DNA from: Clostridiales bacterium
Lineage (GTDB): Bacteria; Bacillota; Clostridia; Oscillospirales; Oscillospiraceae
Length of the DNA stretch: 39,129 bases
NCBI GenBank assembly: GCA_003533405.1
Contig: DQDL01000118.1
Coordinates: 12,251 to 51,379 of the forward strand
Direction: 5' to 3'
The position numbers and the translations under genes are program-made. Each line of letters starts with the position of its first letter. The first letter of the stretch is position 1. Under the pieces are notes generated by a model. The model saw only the letters and a program-made list of their open reading frames with translations, was not told where the DNA came from and searched no databases. Positions 18,264 through 24,200 of the stretch are shown here, piece after piece.

Positions 18264-18514
18264 AAAAAGTATATACTAAACCCGAACTGTTCTACGAAGA
18301 GTATGAGCTGTCTGTTGCAATTGCAGGCAACTGCGGTGCACAATTTAGTGCGTTCAATGTGAATACATCAAGTATAACGACCTGCACATACAGAGATGTT
18401 GACGAATTCATATTCATTCAGGCAAATGCTGCCTGCACAGAGCATCCTGCTTATGATGATGATTTGCTGTGCTATGTGACAGCCACCGAGGGAGCTCTAG
18501 CATTCAGCTCATAA
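18260..18514 (+). CDS. 84-aa Cys-containing peptide; candidate RiPP precursor
   Basis: GGAGG 10 nt upstream. The ATG overlaps the TGA of the upstream gene (ATGA). MKKVYTKPELFYEEYEL... with Cys at residues 25, 42, 59 and 71. Ends ...ALAFSS. No signal peptide. Followed directly by a strong terminator. Confidence 0.6.
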   Translation: MKKVYTKPELFYEEYELSVAIAGNCGAQFSAFNVNTSSITTCTYRDVDEFIFIQANAACTEHPAYDDDLLCYVTATEGALAFSS

Positions 18515-18526
18515 TTCAAAACAAGA

Positions 18527-18556
18527 AACCGGCAGCAAAACGCTGCCGGTTTTTTC
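18527..18556 (+). terminator. Rho-independent terminator/attenuator after the peptide gene
   Basis: Perfect 10-bp stem aaccggcagc / gctgccggtt, 5-nt loop, T6 run. Confidence 0.85.
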
Positions 18557-18605
18557 TGTACAAACAAAATATTATAATGTATAATAGCCGTGCGAGGTGT
18601 TGCAA

Positions 18606-19295
18606 ATGAAAAAGAAAAAGCAGATAATCGCCGCCGTGCTGGTGCTCATCGCCGCCGTCGCAGCGGTGCTGATATTCACCCGAAAAAACGAAACCGAGTC
18701 AAACCCCGAATCAGTCAATGTCGCAGATATCCAAATCGACGCATCCGCAGGCGGCATATCCGTCGTCTCGCTGGAGAACATCTCCGGCATGTATGTCGAG
18801 GACGGCAGCGACGAGGTCATGAGCGGCATTTTCGCTGCGACCTTCCGCAACGACTCAGACAGCGATCTTCAATATGCAAAGCTCGTCCTGACCGTCGGCG
18901 AGGAGGACTATATCTTTGAGCTGTCCACCGTTCCCGCCGGTTCGACCGTCCGTGCGATGGAGATGAACAAGAAAGCGTTTGTATCGTCAAAGGGCGAAGT
19001 GACGCTCAAGCAGGAGAACATTGCATGGTTCGATGAAGCCCCGTCCATGTACAGCAATATGCTCAAAATTATCCAGCGCAATAACGCCATAATCATTGAG
19101 AATATCTCCGGCCAGACCATTACTGCGCCCATCTATGTCTACTACAAAAACTACACCGATGGCATGTACATCGGCGGCATAACCTACCGTGCGGGGACGC
19201 AGGAGAACCTTGCCCCGGGCAAGTCAGTCGCTTTGAGCGCAAAGCACTTTGACCCCGATGCCTCACGGCTCATGTTTGTGACATATGCACATTAA
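18606..19295 (+). CDS. Single-pass membrane protein of unknown function (N-terminal TM, ~200-aa extracytoplasmic domain)
   Basis: MKKKKQIIAAVLVLIAAVAAVLIF TM anchor (the track ORF starts at 18597). No motif I recognise. The 3' end overlaps the next gene by 11 nt. Confidence 0.6.
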   Translation: MKKKKQIIAAVLVLIAAVAAVLIFTRKNETESNPESVNVADIQIDASAGGISVVSLENISGMYVEDGSDEVMSGIFAATFRNDSDSDLQYAKLVLTVGEEDYIFELSTVPAGSTVRAMEMNKKAFVSSKGEVTLKQENIAWFDEAPSMYSNMLKIIQRNNAIIIENISGQTITAPIYVYYKNYTDGMYIGGITYRAGTQENLAPGKSVALSAKHFDPDASRLMFVTYAH

Positions 19296-20097
19296 AACCT
19301 ACGATTTTTCGGGTATTCACCTCGGTATCGAGAGCGAAGAACCGCTTACCGACAATGCCGAGCTGTGCAAGTTTAGTTACAGCGGCACGCCCGATTACAC
19401 GATATCCCTGCACTTTACCGACACCGTGCCCGATACCTCAGACTGTGCCGATTTTTTTGTTAAAACGGCAATACTCGAGGCAAACACGCCGCAGCGCCCG
19501 TTTTCTTGCACCGAGTTTTACGCAGACCACTGCGAAATGCAGGTGCTCGACAGATACGCTGCCGACTTCACGGTCGACTCGGTGCTGCGTCACCTGCCGC
19601 TTAGTCACATGCTGCTGAAATTTGACGCATTTGTGCTGCACGGGGCGTACATTGTCGTAGACGGTGAGGCAATCGTATTCTCCGCACCTAGCGGCACAGG
19701 CAAATCCACGCAGGCTGAGCTGTGGCGAAGGCACCGCAGCGCCGCCGTCATTAATGGCGACAGGGTGCTGGTGCGCAAAAGCGCTGACGGCTTCACCGCA
19801 GGTGGGATATATTTCGCCGGAACATCCGGAATATGCGAAAATGTCACCGCACCGCTGCGTGCGATAATCGTGCTCGGGCAGGCAAAGGAAAACGGCCTGC
19901 ACCGCTGCACGGGCTCGCAGGCGCTGCATTCGCTTTTCGGTCAAAGCGCCTGCTGCAACATTGACGGCGAACCGGTGCGGCTCGTCGGGCTGATATCCGA
20001 ACTCATAAACAGCACCGAAATTCTGAGGCTTGACTGCCTGCCGGATGTGTCGGCGGTCGAGACACTGTCGGATTTCCTCTATGGAGAGAGCAAGTAA
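19285..20097 (+). CDS. HPr-kinase-like P-loop protein (HprK-related / ScmC-like), putative peptide kinase or scaffold
   Basis: 270 aa. LHGAYIVVDGEAIVFSAPSGTGKSTQAELW mirrors the HprK/P C-terminal domain block HG-x-lvdv-x-G-x-GvLi-x-G-x-SG-x-GKS-E-x-AleL. The N-terminal ~110 aa are unassigned. Confidence 0.55.
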   Translation: MHIKTYDFSGIHLGIESEEPLTDNAELCKFSYSGTPDYTISLHFTDTVPDTSDCADFFVKTAILEANTPQRPFSCTEFYADHCEMQVLDRYAADFTVDSVLRHLPLSHMLLKFDAFVLHGAYIVVDGEAIVFSAPSGTGKSTQAELWRRHRSAAVINGDRVLVRKSADGFTAGGIYFAGTSGICENVTAPLRAIIVLGQAKENGLHRCTGSQALHSLFGQSACCNIDGEPVRLVGLISELINSTEILRLDCLPDVSAVETLSDFLYGESK

Positions 20098-21236
20098 TGG
20101 AAAACGAATATGTCGAATCGAGAATAAGCCGCCACCTGCACAGTCGTGCGGCTCGTGTGGGCATTCCGCTGTCCGGCACATTTGAGCTTACGCCCTGCTG
20201 CAATCTTGCATGCAAGATGTGCTATGTGCGCAAGCCGAGAGCGGAGGTCGAGGCCGAGGGCGGACTAATGAGCGCCGAGCAGTGGATCACGCTTGCGCAA
20301 AAATGCCGTGAAAGCGGCATGCTGTACCTGCTGTTGACCGGCGGCGAGCCGCTGACGCACCCGCAGTTTCGTGAAATTTACACCGCCGCAAAGAAGCTGG
20401 GCTTTGTGGTGTCGATAAACACCAACGGCACGCTCATCAACGATGATATGCTGCACTTTTTGGCATCCGACCCACCTGCCAGAGTGAATATGTCGCTGTA
20501 CGGAGCAAGTCGTGAGACCTACAGCGAGCTGTGCGGCGTGCCCGAGGCGTTCGACCGAGCAATGTATGCGCTCAAGGGTATGCGCCGAGAGGGCATAAGG
20601 GTCAAGCTAAATTACAGTGTCACACGGTACAACCGTGGCGACATGGTCGGCATACTCGACACTGCCAAGGAAAACGACTGCAATGTGCAGATAGCAAGCT
20701 ATATGTTCCCGCCGCTTCGGCGTGACGGCTCACAAATCGGCGAAAATGATCGCATGACCGCCGAGGAGGATGCAGCCTTTACTGTAAAAAGCGAGAGGCT
20801 GCGCCTGCCGGCCGAGAAGTTTAAAGAACGCTGCAAGGCACGCATCGCACGCAGCGGCGGCACCATCGACGAGGAGTGCTTAGACGCACCCACGGAGCAT
20901 ATCCGTTGCCGAGCCGGAACCACCGCATTTTGGGTCAACTGGAACGGCGAGATATCGCTGTGCGGCATGATACCCCGCCCATCGGCAAATGTTAAGACCA
21001 CCGGTTTTGCCGAGGCGTGGCAAAGGGTGCGTGAGGACACAGCAAAAATACTCGTGCCGGCAAAGTGCACCGCCTGTCCCGACCGTGAGGTCTGCATGGT
21101 GTGTGCCGCATCCTGCTACTGCGAGACCGGCGGTTTTGAGAAGGCGCCCGAGTATATTTGCCGCAGGACAAGGGCACTTATTAAAGAAAGCGAAAATGCC
21201 ATTGCCGAGGAGAAAGAAAATGAAAACCAACCCTGA
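20097..21236 (+). CDS. Radical SAM enzyme with C-terminal SPASM-type auxiliary Fe-S domain (peptide maturase-like)
   Basis: CNLACKMC (CX3CX2C) near the N-terminus, GGEPL SAM-binding motif, C-terminal Cys clusters CRAGTTAFWVNWNGEISLCG and CTACPDREVCMVCAASCYCETG. The start overlaps the upstream stop (TAATG). Confidence 0.85.
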   Translation: MENEYVESRISRHLHSRAARVGIPLSGTFELTPCCNLACKMCYVRKPRAEVEAEGGLMSAEQWITLAQKCRESGMLYLLLTGGEPLTHPQFREIYTAAKKLGFVVSINTNGTLINDDMLHFLASDPPARVNMSLYGASRETYSELCGVPEAFDRAMYALKGMRREGIRVKLNYSVTRYNRGDMVGILDTAKENDCNVQIASYMFPPLRRDGSQIGENDRMTAEEDAAFTVKSERLRLPAEKFKERCKARIARSGGTIDEECLDAPTEHIRCRAGTTAFWVNWNGEISLCGMIPRPSANVKTTGFAEAWQRVREDTAKILVPAKCTACPDREVCMVCAASCYCETGGFEKAPEYICRRTRALIKESENAIAEEKENENQP

Positions 21237-21483
21237 ATTTATAGCCAGAGACATTGCCGGCGAGCTGGTGCTTGTGCCGGTCGGCACGGCGGCGAAGAGC
21301 TTCGGCGGGCTCGTGACCTGCAACGAGGTCGGTGCGTTCATATGGAAAACGCTCGAAAACGGAGCGACCATGGACGAGCTTGTCGCCGCGATACTCGACG
21401 AGTTTGAGACCGACGAGCAGACCGCACGGAGCGACGCCGAGGAGTTTGTCGCAAAGCTAAAGGAAATAAACGCAGTTATATAA
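21220..21483 (+). CDS. PqqD-family protein (stand-alone RiPP recognition element)
   Basis: 87 aa, MKTNPEFIARDIAGELVLVPVG...LNEVGAFIWKTLENGATMDELVAAILDEF...AEEFVAKLKE, typical PqqD length and pattern. Overlaps the rSAM gene by 17 nt. The track ORF 20989-21483 is an upstream extension. Confidence 0.8.
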   Translation: MKTNPEFIARDIAGELVLVPVGTAAKSFGGLVTCNEVGAFIWKTLENGATMDELVAAILDEFETDEQTARSDAEEFVAKLKEINAVI

Positions 21484-21486
21484 CAG

Positions 21487-21511
21487 AAGCCTCCGGCTCA
21501 GCCGGAGGCTT
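21487..21511. terminator. Hairpin between the convergent PqqD and peptidase genes
   Basis: aagcctccggc-tca-gccggaggctt, a perfect 11-bp stem. The U-tracts are weak on both strands. Confidence 0.55.
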
Positions 21512-21516
21512 ATTAC

Positions 21517-21987
21517 TTATCTATTATAGTATGAGTTGTCACGGTGCAGGACGGTGTACAGCTTTATGAGCCATGGCCTGACGGAGACAAGGTGCCGCCA
21601 CGAACCTGCGTAGAAGCTCCATAGCGCATTGTCCGGCCAAATCTCTTTGCCGTCACGCTCGACATGCGTCACCACGGCGAACACCTGCTCGGGTGCGATT
21701 GGCCCCTCGATGCGCTGCTGGCTGTCGCCGAGCATGTACAGGCCGCTGTCGTCGATTTTGCAGATGCGGTGGAGAATGTACTGCCCGTTAAAGCGCTGGT
21801 AAAACACGATGTCGCCGACACGCAGCTCACGGTCGGGCTTTTTAAAAAAAGCCGTATCCCGTCCGCTGTGCAGGAACGGATACATGCTGTGTCCGCTTAC
21901 CTTGACGCAGACCTCGTGTCCGCTTTCGGCAAGCTCACGCAGCACGGATATGTATTCAAATGTGTCGATCCTGCGCATGGAAAACAC
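21517..21987 (-). CDS. Soluble (TM-less) S26B/SipW-like serine peptidase
   Basis: 156 aa. VSGHSMYPFLHSG...LRVGDIVFY...ILHRICKIDD...YMLGDSQQRIEGP aligns block for block with the neighbouring SipW (SGSMEPTYHVG...VGDPITF...ATHRVVRID...YTKGDANDDPD). No hydrophobic anchor at either end. Confidence 0.65.
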   Translation of the reverse strand: MFSMRRIDTFEYISVLRELAESGHEVCVKVSGHSMYPFLHSGRDTAFFKKPDRELRVGDIVFYQRFNGQYILHRICKIDDSGLYMLGDSQQRIEGPIAPEQVFAVVTHVERDGKEIWPDNALWSFYAGSWRHLVSVRPWLIKLYTVLHRDNSYYNR

Positions 21988-22209
21988 CTCCGTTTAGTAC
22001 TTATTATAATAAAAAAGCCTGTCTCCGTCAACATGATTGTGGTACTTTAAATAATTTAACTATACAAGGTATTTACATTTTTGGCACAAGGGAGCATTTA
22101 CCTAAAAAAGTGAATTAGTTATAGAAAATTATTAAAACTAGTTGAAGCATTCGACAAAACCAGACAAAATATACAGCATAATTAACAAAAAAATAAACCC
22201 ATTTTGACC

Positions 22210-22238
22210 TTGCACTGTGTATTGATATGTGTTAATAT
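22210..22238 (+). promoter_or_regulatory. Candidate promoter of the sipW operon
   Basis: TTGCAC (22210-22215), 17-nt spacer ending in TGt, TAATAT (22233-22238). Lies within a 260-nt AT-rich divergent region. Confidence 0.35.
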
Positions 22239-22252
22239 AGGTTCAACAGGCT

Positions 22253-22789
22253 GTGCTGAAAATAGCGAGAAATCTTATGAGAAAATCTGTAAAGAAAACA
22301 TGGAATGTTATATCCACTGTGCTGGTGGCGATCGTGGTCATCATCGCCCTGCTGCTTGTCGGCGCAAGGGTGTTCGGACTTCAGGTCTATGCGGTGCTGT
22401 CCGGCTCCATGGAGCCGACATATCATGTGGGTTCGATAATATATGTCAAGTCCGTCGACCCGAGTGAGATAAAGGTCGGCGACCCGATAACCTTCGTCAT
22501 GAACGAGCAGCTTACCGTTGCAACGCACCGTGTCGTGCGCATCGATGCGGAAAACAGTGCGTTTTACACCAAGGGCGACGCTAACGACGACCCAGATGCC
22601 GCACCCGTGCATTTTAACAACCTTCTGGGCAAGCCCGTGTTCACCATCCCGTACCTTGGCTACATATCAAGCTATGTGCAGTCACCCCCGGGCATCTACA
22701 TTGCCGTTGGTGTAGGCGTGCTGCTGCTGGCACTTGCGTTTTTGCCGGACATGCTTGACGGCGACAAAAAGGAGAAGCAGAAAAATTAG
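22253..22789 (+). CDS. sipW: Signal peptidase I, SipW (ER/archaeal) type
   Basis: SGSMEP (Ser nucleophile), THRVV (His base rather than Lys), GDAND box, N- and C-terminal TM segments. The track start is GTG 22253; the ATG at 22277 (MRKSVKK) is an equally plausible start. Confidence 0.85.
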   Translation: MLKIARNLMRKSVKKTWNVISTVLVAIVVIIALLLVGARVFGLQVYAVLSGSMEPTYHVGSIIYVKSVDPSEIKVGDPITFVMNEQLTVATHRVVRIDAENSAFYTKGDANDDPDAAPVHFNNLLGKPVFTIPYLGYISSYVQSPPGIYIAVGVGVLLLALAFLPDMLDGDKKEKQKN

Positions 22790-22858
22790 TTCAATATGGG
22801 GCTAAGCCCTTTTTGAAGAATATGTAGGAATTTTGTTTGATCGAAAGGAGACAATCAA

Positions 22859-23461
22859 ATGAAGAAAAAACTCACAACCGTATTGGCGATCGTTTTGGTC
22901 GTCGCCCTGTCCGTGGCAGGTACCTATGCTTACCTGACTGCACAAACCGACACCGTCACAAACACCTTTACCGCAGCCGGTCTTGCATCAAGCTTCAGCC
23001 TTGACGAAAGCAAGGCAAATCAGCAGCCCGACGGCTCCTACACTCTTGATGTTGCAACTAGAGTTCAGGAGAACCAGTACTCTGTCGTTCCCAAGGTGAA
23101 CCTTGCTAAGGATCCTACCGTACATGTAACGCTTGAGGCAAATGTCGGCGCATATGTTTTCCTCGCAGTTGACGACAACCTCGGCGACGGCCTGACCGCA
23201 ACCATCGACAGAGGCAATTGGACTGCACTCAACACCACCTACACCGACGCACAAGGCGTAGCTTGGACCATGTACTACAAGCAGCTCGAAGGCAGCGCAA
23301 CTCCCGCACAGGTCGACATCAATGTTCTTACTGGCCAGCAGATCGTTGTCGGTGATACCGTCGCAGAAGACTGCGGCAACATCGTGTTCAATGCATACCT
23401 GACCCAGTCCGCAGGCTTCACCGACGCACTTGATGCATGGAACAACTCCTGGGGCAAGTAA
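22859..23461 (+). CDS. TasA/CalY-like protein with SipW-dependent-type signal peptide (candidate major fibre subunit)
   Basis: AAAGGAG RBS. N-terminus MKKKLTTVLAIVLVVALSVAGTYAYLTAQTDTVTNTFTAAG parallels TasA/CalY (..GGGTFAFFSDKEVSNNTFAAGTLDL). 200 aa. Followed by a stem-loop. Confidence 0.7.
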   Translation: MKKKLTTVLAIVLVVALSVAGTYAYLTAQTDTVTNTFTAAGLASSFSLDESKANQQPDGSYTLDVATRVQENQYSVVPKVNLAKDPTVHVTLEANVGAYVFLAVDDNLGDGLTATIDRGNWTALNTTYTDAQGVAWTMYYKQLEGSATPAQVDINVLTGQQIVVGDTVAEDCGNIVFNAYLTQSAGFTDALDAWNNSWGK

Positions 23462-23506
23462 TTTTGGCTTGCGTCAGTAAGTAACTGAAAATACACAGAA
23501 ACCCAG

Positions 23507-23533
23507 CCCTGCGGCCGTATTTTGACCGCAGGG
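23507..23533 (+). terminator. Intra-operon stem-loop after the first TasA-like gene (possible attenuator or mRNA stabiliser)
   Basis: ccctgcgg ... ccgcaggg, an 8-bp GC-rich stem with an 11-nt loop and no clear U-tract. Confidence 0.4.
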
Positions 23534-23615
23534 TGTCGGTGGATTTAGAACAATGGGCGCTCCACCGATATTTGCCCGCAATACGCAGTCAATTCTGCGC
23601 ATGGGAGGTTTAAAC

Positions 23616-24185
23616 TTGAAAAATACAAAGACAAAAATTTTGGTTCTGGCTTTGGCGGTCTGCCTTGTTGCCGTTTGCGCAATGGGTACCGCGGCTTACT
23701 TCACCGACCGCAGCACAGCGACGAATGTCATCACGACAGGCGGCGTTGATATCGAGCTGATCGAGACCGCCGAAAAGGACGGCGAGCTCGTCCCGTTCGA
23801 GGATATTTCCGGCGTCATGCCCGGCGATGTAGTATCTAAGATCGTTGAAGTCAAGAATACCGGCAAAAACGATGCCTATGTCCGTGTAAGCGTCGAGAAG
23901 GCGATCACCCTGGCCGAGGGCCTTGAGGGCAAGGTCGACCTGTCCCTCGTCAAGCTGAACATCAACACCGAGAAGTGGACCGAGGCAGACGGATATTACT
24001 ACTACAACGGGGTTCTCAAGCCCGGTGAGACCACCGCACCGCTGTTCACCACCGTCACCTTTGACGGCACGATGGATAATCTCTATCAGAACTGCACCAC
24101 TACCATCAGTGTTGCCGCACAGGCAACTCAGTCGGCCAATAATGGCACGAGCGCACTGACCGCAACCGGTTGGCCGGAGGCATAA
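23616..24185 (+). CDS. TasA/camelysin (Peptidase_M73-like) family protein with SipW-type signal peptide
   Basis: GGGAGG, 7 nt, then TTG at 23616 (the track ORF starts at 23553). MKNTKTKILVLALAVCLVAVCAMGTAAYFTDRSTATNVITTGGVDIEL, then GVMPGDVVSKIVEVKNTGKNDAYVRV as in TasA/CalY. Confidence 0.7.
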   Translation: MKNTKTKILVLALAVCLVAVCAMGTAAYFTDRSTATNVITTGGVDIELIETAEKDGELVPFEDISGVMPGDVVSKIVEVKNTGKNDAYVRVSVEKAITLAEGLEGKVDLSLVKLNINTEKWTEADGYYYYNGVLKPGETTAPLFTTVTFDGTMDNLYQNCTTTISVAAQATQSANNGTSALTATGWPEA

Positions 24186-24200
24186 GAAAGGGGCAAGCGC

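Noticed and set aside
20989-21219. N-terminal extension of the PqqD ORF (the 164-aa version in the ORF track).
   Set aside because: The extension lies inside the rSAM/SPASM coding region in another frame and is Arg/Pro-rich. The PqqD-like sequence begins at MKTNPEF (21220), preceded by a GAGGAG RBS.
22082-22097. Sigma-54-like element TGGCAC-aaggg-AGCAT upstream of sipW.
   Set aside because: The GC of the -12 box is displaced by one nucleotide relative to the TGGCAC-N5-TTGC consensus, and the TT is missing. No enhancer-binding protein gene is nearby.
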